Position numbers and translations under genes: made by a program
In this document: positions 1-10,749 of the stretch, piece after piece
Layout: each line of letters begins with the position of its first letter
Numbering within the stretch: position 1 is the first letter of the stretch
Assembly (NCBI GenBank): GCA_001563875.1
Contig: LKMN01000001.1
Span: 32,001-96,000, forward strand
DNA length: 64,000 nucleotides
DNA from: Nanohaloarchaea archaeon B1-Br10_U2g1
Lineage (GTDB): Archaea; Nanohalarchaeota; Nanosalinia; Nanosalinales; Nanosalinaceae
Reading direction: 5' to 3'
The notes under the pieces: generated by a model
The model's input: the letters and a program-made list of their open reading frames with translations, nothing else
The model's database searches: none
Told to the model about the DNA's origin: nothing

Positions 1-269
1 GCTTTCTGAATACTTTTCACCGCCTCAGGGTTTGCGTCGTTCAAATGTAGCTCAGTGGATATTTTGGAGTATCTAAGACCTCTTATACCTGAGGCTGATA
101 AGGCGTCACATACCCGGAAGTCCTCGGTTTCTACCGCTTCTCTAAAAACCTTTCCGGCTATCTCTGATATATCTCTGTTGAGAACCATCTCTGAGTTGTA
201 AAATACTTCTGAGTCCTTTCCGGGCTCTTCTTCATTGGGCACGTACAGTATGTAGCCTCTCTCTTCCAT
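1..269 (-). CDS. trm1: tRNA (guanine-26 N2)-dimethyltransferase, 5' part (runs off window)
   Basis: Not in ORF track; manual translation MEERGYILYVP...VFYNSEMVLNRD...CDALSASGIRGLRY...LHLNDANP; GGAGGT SD upstream of ATG. Confidence 0.9.
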   Translation of the reverse strand, partial: MEERGYILYVPNEEEPGKDSEVFYNSEMVLNRDISEIAGKVFREAVETEDFRVCDALSASGIRGLRYSKISTELHLNDANPEAVKSIQK

Positions 270-361
270 GTTTAACCTCCTGAACCAAATCTTTTTAAAG
301 AAGCCATCGGCTAAAAAACAGTAACGTTTATTTAGTTTATCCCTAATCTTCAAACCGGACA

Positions 362-373
362 GGGTTTATAAGC
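362..373 (+). promoter_or_regulatory. TATA box of ATP synthase operon
   Basis: GGGTTTATAAGC about 40 nt upstream of first start, GCGGTG SD between. Confidence 0.55.
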
Positions 374-408
374 TTCTCTGTTTTAGAGCTTAATGCGGTG
401 GATTAAAA

Positions 409-726
409 GTGGTTAATGTAGTTCAGGAAGTAAAGAATGCGGAAAAAGACGCGGAATCAATAGTGGCCGAAGCCGAAGAGGACAAGAAAGAAATAATAAG
501 TTCTGCAAAGCAGGAAGCCAAAGAAATAGTTCAAGAGACAGAAGACAGTATCGAAAAAGAAAAACTTGAAGAAATGGACAGATTCAAGGAAAAAGTAAAT
601 CAAGAAAAAGAAGAAATAATTGAAGAAGGTAGAGAGGAAGCTAACAAGATTAGAGATAAAGCCGCAGATAACTTAGATGATGTAGAAAGTTTTCTCTGGA
701 ACAATTTTGAGTCAGAGTTCCTTTAG
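409..726 (+). CDS. atpH: A-type ATP synthase subunit H (G-like stalk)
   Basis: Charged coiled coil, first gene of operon, VKNAEKDAESIVAEA pattern. Confidence 0.8.
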   Translation: MVNVVQEVKNAEKDAESIVAEAEEDKKEIISSAKQEAKEIVQETEDSIEKEKLEEMDRFKEKVNQEKEEIIEEGREEANKIRDKAADNLDDVESFLWNNFESEFL

Positions 727-738
727 AGGTGTTTAGAA

Positions 739-2532
739 ATCAAACCTGCAGAAATGGATAAAATATCGGTTACAGGACCTAAAAAAGAGCTTGAAACAGT
801 TATAGAGAGGCTCTATGATTTACAGGTACTTGACATTGAACATTATGAAGGTGAACTAGATACAGGATCGCCTTTTGATGAATCAGAAGATCTATCCGAA
901 CTCTTAGTTGATATACGGTCCTTAATATCAAAACTTCCTAAAGTTGAGAACTCTGAAGAAAGGAACATTTCTATAGAAGAACTTCAGGAAAAGATACCTG
1001 AGATAAATGAAGTTATTGAGTCTTCCGAAGAAGAAAGAAGTAATATCGAAAGAAAGCTTTCAGAAACAAAGGAAAGACTCAAATATTATAGAAGACTCAA
1101 AGGAACAAATCTCAAGATAGAAGATCTAAAGGGGACAAAGAATCTTGATGTATATATAGGAAAAATAAAGGCTGAAAGATTTGAAGAAAGCTTAAAGGCA
1201 GATGACTATGAGTTGCTCAAAGGACAGAAAGCAACAGTAATAGTATACAAAAAAGGATCAGAAGAGATTGAAGATGCTATAAGAAAATATTCCAAAGAAG
1301 ATTATGGACTTACTGAGACAAGTTATGAAGGTAGTATAAGACAAGTAATAAGTGAGTTAGAAAGAGAAAGAGATGAACTCAAACAGGAATTAAACAGTAT
1401 TAAACAAAGGCTGGAAAAACTATCTAAGGAATGGTCAGCTGTACTCAGAAATAAAGAGAAATTCTTAATGGAGAAAGTAGAGAAAGCTGAGGCGCCAATA
1501 AACTTCGCCACCACCACAAATGCATTTATAGCACAAGGATGGGTGCCTTCCGAAAAATACAGAGAGGTCAAAGAAACCTTAGCTGAAGTTGCTGAAGGCA
1601 ACATCTACGTCCAGAAAGAGGAAACTGAAGAAGAACCTCCTGTCAAACACGAAAATAACAGATTAGTACAGCCCTTTGAGGATTTCACAGATCTAATAGC
1701 AGTACCAAGGTATAACGAGATAGATCCTTCATTTATGCTTTTGATCACGTTCCCACTTTTCTTCGGACTGATGATCGGAGACATAGGATACGGGCTAGGA
1801 AGCGCAGTAGTATTTCTAGCAGGTATGAAGATGGTTCCGGAGGCATCTGACATGTTCAAGGCACTGCTTTGGACCTCGGGAGCAACCGTTCTCTTCGGTG
1901 CAATATACGGAGAGATGTTTGGATTCCAGATATATGAGTCTCCGTTCTACAGAGCCGATTACTGGACAGAGATATTCTATATCTCATTGGGAATAGGTGT
2001 AGCCCATATCAATCTAGGACTCCTATTCGGAGCATACAACGAATATGTAAGCCATGGGATCATGGAGGCGGTCTACGCCAAACTATCATGGATAGTCTTA
2101 GAGATAGCTGCAGTCGGAGGCTACCTAGTATATGCAACATACGGCAGCACACCAGGAACAGCGGTCATAATGGGTCTAGGAATCCCGGCAGTAGCAATGA
2201 TCTTCAAGGGAGAAGGAGTTGAGGGTATAGTAGAGATACCAAGCCTAGTATCAAATATAATCTCTTACCTAAGACTGTTCGGAGTCTGTATGGCAGCATA
2301 CACACTTGCAGGTACAGCGAACGCAATCGCGGCTCCAGGACTAACCTCGGGAACAGTGATAGGTGTGGCTTCAGGGGTAGTAATCCTGATTGGAGCACAC
2401 ACAATGCTTACATTCATTAAAATCCTAGAAGGCGCTATTCAGGGCATCCGACTCCACTATGTGGAGATGTTTGGATGGTTCTATGAAGGCGGCGGAAGAA
2501 AATACGCTCCATTCGGAGCAAAATCCAAGTAA
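739..2532 (+). CDS. atpI: A-type ATP synthase subunit I (a); probable ATC start at 739, first ATG at 754
   Basis: QGWVP, PRYNEIDP, FFGLMIGDIGYG, SYLRL, RLHYVEMF, GGRKYAPF motifs. Confidence 0.95.
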   Translation: MKPAEMDKISVTGPKKELETVIERLYDLQVLDIEHYEGELDTGSPFDESEDLSELLVDIRSLISKLPKVENSEERNISIEELQEKIPEINEVIESSEEERSNIERKLSETKERLKYYRRLKGTNLKIEDLKGTKNLDVYIGKIKAERFEESLKADDYELLKGQKATVIVYKKGSEEIEDAIRKYSKEDYGLTETSYEGSIRQVISELERERDELKQELNSIKQRLEKLSKEWSAVLRNKEKFLMEKVEKAEAPINFATTTNAFIAQGWVPSEKYREVKETLAEVAEGNIYVQKEETEEEPPVKHENNRLVQPFEDFTDLIAVPRYNEIDPSFMLLITFPLFFGLMIGDIGYGLGSAVVFLAGMKMVPEASDMFKALLWTSGATVLFGAIYGEMFGFQIYESPFYRADYWTEIFYISLGIGVAHINLGLLFGAYNEYVSHGIMEAVYAKLSWIVLEIAAVGGYLVYATYGSTPGTAVIMGLGIPAVAMIFKGEGVEGIVEIPSLVSNIISYLRLFGVCMAAYTLAGTANAIAAPGLTSGTVIGVASGVVILIGAHTMLTFIKILEGAIQGIRLHYVEMFGWFYEGGGRKYAPFGAKSK

Positions 2533-2561
2533 AAACAATATTTGAGGTGAAAACCTAGAAA

Positions 2562-2780
2562 ATGGCAGTAGACGGACTAGTAGCAATCGGTGCAGCAGCA
2601 GCGATCAGCATTACAGCACTAGCAACAGCATGGGCGCAAGCAAAGATTGGAAGCGCAGGAATCGGAGCACTAGCAGAAGATGACGGCCTATTCGGAAAAG
2701 TATTCCTTTTAGCCGTTATCCCAGAGACCATGGTTATCTTCGGGCTGGTTGTTGCACTGGTTGTAACAGGATTCATTTAG
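2562..2780 (+). CDS. atpK: A-type ATP synthase subunit K (c, proteolipid)
   Basis: Two TM hairpin, WAQAKIG...IPETMVIFG with ion-binding Glu; GAGGTG SD. Confidence 0.95.
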   Translation: MAVDGLVAIGAAAAISITALATAWAQAKIGSAGIGALAEDDGLFGKVFLLAVIPETMVIFGLVVALVVTGFI

Positions 2781-2790
2781 AAAACCAAAA

Positions 2791-2810
2791 GAAGGGCCTC
2801 AAGGCCCTTC
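2791..2810 (+). terminator. Intra-operon hairpin after atpK (partial terminator or mRNA stabiliser)
   Basis: GAAGGGCC-TCAA-GGCCCTTC perfect 8 bp stem followed by AT-rich tract. Confidence 0.6.
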
Positions 2811-2861
2811 CAACCTATTATTTATTCAATAAAAGAAAGCAGACGGACGTGAAAAAATACT

Positions 2862-3398
2862 ATGGGACTTGAAGAAGTTAAATCCGAAATCTTGGACGAA
2901 GCGGAGGCAAAAGCCGATCACCTAGTTCAAGAAGCAGAGGAAGAAAAAGAAAAAATCTTGGATAAAGCAAAAGAAGAGGCAGAAGAGATAAGAGAAGAGC
3001 ACATGGAAGAGCTGGAAGACAAGAAAGATATCTATAAGAGAAAAGCAATATCCACAGCTCGGATGAAAGCAAAAGAGGAGAAACTACACGCAAGGGAAGA
3101 AAATATCTCTAAAGTGTTCGAAGAGTTTAGAAATAAATTAGGACAGATGTCTAAAAAAGAGAAAAAGAGCTATGTTGAAAGCTGCCTAGAAAAACCTAAA
3201 TTCGACATAGGTAAAGTGATCGGTTCTGAAGATTTTGAAGAGTTAGTAGATAAAGAGTTCGAAGAAGAAGACAGCATTGAAGGAATTGTTGTTGTTTCAG
3301 AAGACGGTAACCGAAGACAGAACTTCAGTTTCGACAAGATAGCCGAACAGTTCAAAAGCCAGTACAGAAGAGAAGTAGCTGAAAAACTCTTCGAGTGA
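2862..3398 (+). CDS. atpE: A-type ATP synthase subunit E
   Basis: MGLEEVKSEILDEA start, GIVVVSEDG..NFSF, operon position. Confidence 0.9.
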   Translation: MGLEEVKSEILDEAEAKADHLVQEAEEEKEKILDKAKEEAEEIREEHMEELEDKKDIYKRKAISTARMKAKEEKLHAREENISKVFEEFRNKLGQMSKKEKKSYVESCLEKPKFDIGKVIGSEDFEELVDKEFEEEDSIEGIVVVSEDGNRRQNFSFDKIAEQFKSQYRREVAEKLFE

Positions 3399-3405
3399 GT
3401 TGAAG

Positions 3406-4401
3406 ATGATGCTGAGCCGAGATTACCCTTATATGTATGCACGTGTAAGCGCCAAGAAAGCTAAACTTTTAGATGAAAGAGATTACCAGAATCTCTGGAA
3501 GATGCAGCCTAACGGGATAGCCCGGAACCTAGGTGAGAAAGACTATAAAAAGGATATAGATAGTCTTGGCTCGGAACATGAGGGAGTAGAACTTGTAGAA
3601 CTTGCCTTAATGAGGAACCTCTCTAGAACTATGAGAGATCTAGTCGAGATATCTCCTGAATCACTTCAACCGGTTATTGAAGGCTATCTAAGAAGATACG
3701 ATATAATAAGTATCAAAAGACTGCTGAGGTGGAAGAAGGGTGGAGAAGACGGCAATATTCACAGCTTCCTAGTGCCTGTGGGAGACTATGATCTTGAAAG
3801 ACTTGAGGAACTAGCAGAAAAAGATTTTGAAGAAATAGTGGAGTCCATAAATTTCCCTGAATCTAATATAGACTACCAAGAGGTTCTCACAAGCCAATCC
3901 GATATCAGAAAGATAGAAAGAGATCTTGACAGAGCCTACTACAAAGATCTAAAGGACATAAAGGGCACGGTTAGCAGTATATGGTTTGACGAGTTTATAG
4001 ACCGAGAAATTGAGTATGAAAATCTAAAAATTGCTTTAAGGCTAAAGAAACACTGTATAAAAGAAGATAAGATACGTGAATGGTTGATAACAGAGCAGCC
4101 TACGAAAGTAGTGGAGAAAGTTATAAAGGCTGAAAGCATAGAGCAAGCAGTAGAAGAGGTCTCCCAACACATAGATATTGATAACGGAGAGACTTTAGAG
4201 GAGATCGAGCACCAGCTTGAAATATATAGACTCAATAAAGCAATGAAAACTGCTCACGTAGAACCCTTAAGCGCTACATCAATCCTGGGCTACATCGTTG
4301 CGAAGATAGTTGAAGTCAAAAATCTCAGAATGCTTATACGGGCGAAGGAAACAGGAATACAAAATGAAGAAACAATCAAGAAGAAACTGGTGATAGCATG
4401 A
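3406..4401 (+). CDS. atpC: A-type ATP synthase subunit C
   Basis: YPYMYARVSAKKAKLL, EVKNLRMLIRAK. Confidence 0.9.
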   Translation: MMLSRDYPYMYARVSAKKAKLLDERDYQNLWKMQPNGIARNLGEKDYKKDIDSLGSEHEGVELVELALMRNLSRTMRDLVEISPESLQPVIEGYLRRYDIISIKRLLRWKKGGEDGNIHSFLVPVGDYDLERLEELAEKDFEEIVESINFPESNIDYQEVLTSQSDIRKIERDLDRAYYKDLKDIKGTVSSIWFDEFIDREIEYENLKIALRLKKHCIKEDKIREWLITEQPTKVVEKVIKAESIEQAVEEVSQHIDIDNGETLEEIEHQLEIYRLNKAMKTAHVEPLSATSILGYIVAKIVEVKNLRMLIRAKETGIQNEETIKKKLVIA

Positions 4402-4703
4402 AAAGAGACAAGAAAAGTATAGCAGTAATTGGAAGAGAGGAGTTCACTTTAGGATTCCAACTAGCGGGAATACAGAAAGTATATGAGAGAGAAAATTACA
4501 CAGAGAAAATCCAAGAAATTACAGATAGAGACGATATAGGTATCGTAATAGTGGAACAACAAGATCTTGAAGAACTGCCTTCACATATAAGACAGAGGAT
4601 TGAAGGATCAGTAGATCCTGTAGTAGTTCCGCTTACAGAAGAGGCAGAAGCAATGGGACTACAAGACAAAATCAGGAAGGTAATCGGAGTCGACTTATCG
4701 TAA
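4398..4703 (+). CDS. atpF: A-type ATP synthase subunit F
   Basis: [24 protein letters not shown]. Confidence 0.93.
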   Translation: MKRDKKSIAVIGREEFTLGFQLAGIQKVYERENYTEKIQEITDRDDIGIVIVEQQDLEELPSHIRQRIEGSVDPVVVPLTEEAEAMGLQDKIRKVIGVDLS

Positions 4704-4734
4704 CAATACTATTTCAATAGGTGAATTATCAAAA

Positions 4735-6488
<1,754 letters not shown>

Positions 6489-6492
<4 letters not shown>

Positions 6493-6722
6493 CGGTCTAC
6501 AGTAGAGTCGAAGAAGTAGAGGAGTATCTGGAGTCAGAGGGCTGGGACAGCCTTCTTGACCAACTCTATGACTTTAATAATAAAGCAGGTCTAGGTGTAG
6601 AAGGACTACTGGAAAACAGCAGAGAAGAAGGTGCAAAGACTGTTGTAGCAAACCTTCTTGAGAATCATGACTACGAAATAGAAGAACCGGCGGAAACCTA
6701 TCTAACCGCTGAAGAGGTGTAA
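6489..6722 (+). CDS. Small acidic hypothetical protein between atpA and atpB
   Basis: GTGA overlap with atpA stop; acidic composition typical of this proteome. Confidence 0.7.
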
Positions 6723-6729
6723 AGATACT

Positions 6730-8121
6730 ATGACTCAACAAGAATACCAGACAATCAACCAAGTTAAAGGACCACTTGTATTTGTGGAGAAAACCGATGA
6801 AATTGCCTACGGAGATATTGTAGAAGTAGAGACTCCCAACGGCGAAGTCAAAAAAGGAGAAGTACTTGAAACAAGTAAAGACATCGTTGTTGTCCAAGTC
6901 TATGAAGAGACACAGGGAATTGGACAGGACGCACGGGTACGTTTCCTAGACCAAAACGTTAAGATGCCTGTAACAGATGATCTTCTAGGAAGAGTACTAG
7001 ACGGTACAGGAAACCCGATTGATGGCGGACCTGATATCGTGCCGGAGAAAGAAGAAGACATTCTAGGACAAGCAATCAATCCTTACAGCCGTGAACTACC
7101 TGAAGACTTCATACAGACAGGTATATCAAGTATCGACGTCATGAACACACTGGTTCGAGGACAGAAGCTACCGATCTTCTCCGGATCAGGGTTGCCGCAC
7201 AACGAACTGGCGATGCAAATTGCTAGACAGGCAGATGTACAGGGAGAAGACGACGAATTCGCAGTAGTATTCGCAGGAATGGGAATTACGGAAGAAGAGT
7301 CCCAAGACTTCATTGAAGAGTTCAGAGAGACAGGAGCACTAGAACGTTCCGTAGTATTCCTGAACAAAGCATCCGACCCTGCACCAGAAAGAATTATCAC
7401 GCCAAGAATGGCACTAACAACAGCAGAGTACCTGGCATACGAGAAAGGAATGGAAGTACTTGTTATCTTGACAGATATGACTAACTACTGTAACGCACTG
7501 AGAGAAGTATCTGCAGCAAGAGAAGAAGTGCCAGGAAGAAGAGGATACCCGGGATACATGTATACAGACTTAGCGAACATCTACGAAAGGGCAGGAATTA
7601 TCGACGGCAGAGAGGGATCAGTAACACAGATCCCTATCCTAACCATGGTTGGAGACGACATCACACATCCAATCCCGGACCTAACCGGATACATTACAGA
7701 AGGACAGATCGTGGTAGGAAGAGAGCTAGATAACCAAGGCTACGAACCACCGATCGACGTTCTACCAAGTCTATCTCGACTGATGGACAACGGAATAGGA
7801 GAAGGATTCACAAGAGAAGACCATGGAGACGTATCCGACCAAATATATGCAATGTATGCAGAAGGACAGTCACTTAGAGACTTGGTAGCGATTGTTGGTG
7901 AAGACGCGCTCTCAGATAAAGACGAAAAGATCCTGAAGTTCACCAACATGTTCGAGGAACACTTCGTAAGCCAAGGAAACCACGAAAATCGTTCAATAGA
8001 AGAATCCTTAGAGCTTTCATGGGATCTACTTTCAGTAATTCCGGAAGACGAGCTTACAAGAATCGATGCAGAGACACGACAAGAGTACCTTGAAAACCGT
8101 GAACCAAACTTTGAGGAATAA
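6730..8121 (+). CDS. atpB: A-type ATP synthase subunit B
   Basis: [44 protein letters not shown]. Confidence 0.98.
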   Translation: MTQQEYQTINQVKGPLVFVEKTDEIAYGDIVEVETPNGEVKKGEVLETSKDIVVVQVYEETQGIGQDARVRFLDQNVKMPVTDDLLGRVLDGTGNPIDGGPDIVPEKEEDILGQAINPYSRELPEDFIQTGISSIDVMNTLVRGQKLPIFSGSGLPHNELAMQIARQADVQGEDDEFAVVFAGMGITEEESQDFIEEFRETGALERSVVFLNKASDPAPERIITPRMALTTAEYLAYEKGMEVLVILTDMTNYCNALREVSAAREEVPGRRGYPGYMYTDLANIYERAGIIDGREGSVTQIPILTMVGDDITHPIPDLTGYITEGQIVVGRELDNQGYEPPIDVLPSLSRLMDNGIGEGFTREDHGDVSDQIYAMYAEGQSLRDLVAIVGEDALSDKDEKILKFTNMFEEHFVSQGNHENRSIEESLELSWDLLSVIPEDELTRIDAETRQEYLENREPNFEE

Positions 8122-8123
8122 GA

Positions 8124-8756
8124 ATGTCACAGGACGTAAAACCCACAAGATCTGAAGAACTGCGTTTGAAAGAACGTATAGAGCTAGCGGAGAACGGCCA
8201 CGGCATACTTGAAAAGAAGAGAGACGGATTGATCCACGAGTTCATGGAGATAGCAGGTGATGCCAAGGAGGTAAACCAAGAACTCGCAGAAACCTACTCG
8301 GAGGCAAAACTCAAACTGCTTCTTTCAAAGGTCTACGACGGAGAGGACAGCATAAGAGCAAATGCCTTCCCTGTAACTAAGGAGCCAAAGATTTACTCGG
8401 AGACAAGCAATATCATGGGCGTAGTCGTACCCGAAATAGAGTCAGAGGACATAAGAAAAGGAATTCTAGATAAAGAGTACGGCATAACATCTGCAACATC
8501 CAGGATCGACTCCACTGCAGACAAATTCGAAGAGCTCTTGGAGAAAGTGGTTGAGGCCGCCGAAACACAGACTAAGATCTTGAAACTTCTGGAAGAGATA
8601 GAGAAAACCAAGAGAAGAGTGAACGCATTAGAACACAAAGTAATACCCGAACAGAGAGCAGCTCTCGACAAGGTCTCCCAAATGCTTGAAGAAAGCGAAA
8701 GGGAAGAGACCTTCCGTATGAAGAAGATTAAGGAGATGCAGGAAGAGAAAGCCTAG
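8124..8756 (+). CDS. atpD: A-type ATP synthase subunit D
   Basis: VKPTRSE, LEKKRDGL, EIEKTKRRVNALE. Confidence 0.96.
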   Translation: MSQDVKPTRSEELRLKERIELAENGHGILEKKRDGLIHEFMEIAGDAKEVNQELAETYSEAKLKLLLSKVYDGEDSIRANAFPVTKEPKIYSETSNIMGVVVPEIESEDIRKGILDKEYGITSATSRIDSTADKFEELLEKVVEAAETQTKILKLLEEIEKTKRRVNALEHKVIPEQRAALDKVSQMLEESEREETFRMKKIKEMQEEKA

Positions 8757-8855
8757 AATCTTTTCTTTGAAATTCTATTTTTCTTGATTTCTAATTTAGC
8801 AACTAGGAAGATAGTAAAGTAAAATTAGGAAAAGGATCGTATTTTATCATAGTTA

Positions 8856-10103
8856 CTACTCCTTGCTTTCTTCTTCCTCTTTCTCTACTTCTTTCTCTGC
8901 CTTTTCTTCTAGGTTTGGAACCATCTCTTGTGTATCTGCTGCCTTTGCGATCGAGGAGGTATTCATCTTAGGAGTCATCTGCTCCGTCTTCCCCTCCTTC
9001 ATCTCTTTCAAATCCTTGCCAACTTCGGAGACAAACTCCTTGGTCTCTGTCTTGAGATCGTATATCTCCTTTTCGTTGACGTCTTCCATTTGCTTGTCTT
9101 TTATCTTCTCTATTACGTCTTCCCATCGGTCGAACATTTCTACATGTTCTTCTCCCAGGTCCAGATTATCTGCTACTACTTCTGGTAGTTCTTCTCTATC
9201 TTCTGGAGGCTCTATGTCTCGTGCTTTCAGTGCGGCGACGTTCGCTTTTAAGAACTGTTTATAGTCTTCGACAATATTTCTAACTTTCTTTTGTGCGCCT
9301 AGTTGAGAGACCAGCTGATGCATTCTTCTTACGAAGTCGTCTGCCTTTTCTAAATGCTTCTCTACAGCCTCTCCGGTAACCTTTTCAGGTTCCTTCTCTC
9401 CTAGGTCTCCGAAGTCGTATAATTCTTCAGCTATTTCTATGTATTCATCTTCTAGTAGCTCGTTTTCTACAAACATTTCGTCTAGGACTTCTGGAACTTT
9501 TTCTTTCGGTGGCGGTGTTTTTCCTTCAAGCATTATCGGTGCTTGTCCGGCGTTTGCCATTACTTGTTCGAGTTTGTGAGGTATTGAGGATTTGAAGTTT
9601 TTCTCGGCTTTCTTGTATCCTGCTGCAGCCAGTTTTAGTCTCTTACTTACGGATTCCTGTGTTGCTTCAATTTTACCTCTTTGGAGCAGTCTTTTTGCCG
9701 GCATGAATATTCCGGTGTCGTACACCGGTTCTCCGTTTCTTACGGCTTCTATTGCTAGTGGTTCTCCTTTTCTCAGTGAGTCCCAGAACTCTGTTAGGAA
9801 TGGGAAGTACTGTATTGTTATTCTATCATCTGTTTCCTTTGCTGCTTCTGTTACTTTTTGTTGTATCTTTTTCCGTGCGTCTTCTGGAACGTCCTCTCTC
9901 AGCTTTGTGTCGTCTAGTATTACAAGTGTATCGATATCACTGTCGTATCCGTGCTCGCCTTTTGGTACACTTCCCCATACTGCAACTACTTTTAGTTTGT
10001 CGCCTAGTTTTTCCTCTAGTTTGTCTGAGAACTCTTTTGCTGCTTCCATTCTTCTTTCTTGAGACTTCTTCCGCATCTCTTTCATCTTGTCTTTGGAACT
10101 CAT
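8856..10103 (-). CDS. Pol-beta family nucleotidyltransferase fused to HEPN-like helical domain(s)
   Basis: VWGSVPKG...SDIDTLVILDD (GS-x-DxD); downstream helical region resembling HEPN without RxxxxH. Confidence 0.75.
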   Translation of the reverse strand: MSSKDKMKEMRKKSQERRMEAAKEFSDKLEEKLGDKLKVVAVWGSVPKGEHGYDSDIDTLVILDDTKLREDVPEDARKKIQQKVTEAAKETDDRITIQYFPFLTEFWDSLRKGEPLAIEAVRNGEPVYDTGIFMPAKRLLQRGKIEATQESVSKRLKLAAAGYKKAEKNFKSSIPHKLEQVMANAGQAPIMLEGKTPPPKEKVPEVLDEMFVENELLEDEYIEIAEELYDFGDLGEKEPEKVTGEAVEKHLEKADDFVRRMHQLVSQLGAQKKVRNIVEDYKQFLKANVAALKARDIEPPEDREELPEVVADNLDLGEEHVEMFDRWEDVIEKIKDKQMEDVNEKEIYDLKTETKEFVSEVGKDLKEMKEGKTEQMTPKMNTSSIAKAADTQEMVPNLEEKAEKEVEKEEEESKE

Positions 10104-10164
10104 AGAACCACATTAAACCTTGTCAATATCCAATCTTAAAAGCTTTCCCTAATATTGTTACTAC

Positions 10165-10749
10165 ATGGTAGACAAAAAACGTATGGTGGAGTACCTTACT
10201 TTTGCGGATGTCCACGAAAATCTAGATGATAAAGGATCAGAACAGCTCTATGACTCGCTCTTTAATACTGCTGATTTGGAACCTGACTTCGGTCAGCCTG
10301 ACTATATCCTTCTACACGGAGGCCCTAGTGAGAAGAAAGAGAAACAACGTTTTAGAGCTTTTGAAGATCTATTGACAGATTTAAACAAAGATAAGCTCCC
10401 CTACTTGTTAACTACGCCGTCCTATAGAAGCAAGATTGAAGAATCAGATAAAGTTACGGAAAACGATTTTATTTACTGTCCTATAAGATCTGAAAGCACA
10501 TTCGGAGAAGTTAACACGCTTTCAGAACAGATAGAACCTGAAGAAACGGTTATATCGGTTACAAGCGACTACCATGTGCCACGCCTAGAGTCAATGATGA
10601 ACAAATTACTTGAAGAAGATATAGATTACTTAGTGGTCGGTCAGAAATACAGCTCTGAAGAGAAGAATTATAGAAGTAAATGGAGATCCGAATTCATAAG
10701 TACAGTACTTCCACAAAACATCAAGGATGTAGGAAAGGATATTCTCTAA
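10165..10749 (+). CDS. YdcF/DUF218-like protein
   Basis: ILLHGG, STFGEV, VTSDYHVPRL motifs. Confidence 0.6.
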   Translation: MVDKKRMVEYLTFADVHENLDDKGSEQLYDSLFNTADLEPDFGQPDYILLHGGPSEKKEKQRFRAFEDLLTDLNKDKLPYLLTTPSYRSKIEESDKVTENDFIYCPIRSESTFGEVNTLSEQIEPEETVISVTSDYHVPRLESMMNKLLEEDIDYLVVGQKYSSEEKNYRSKWRSEFISTVLPQNIKDVGKDIL

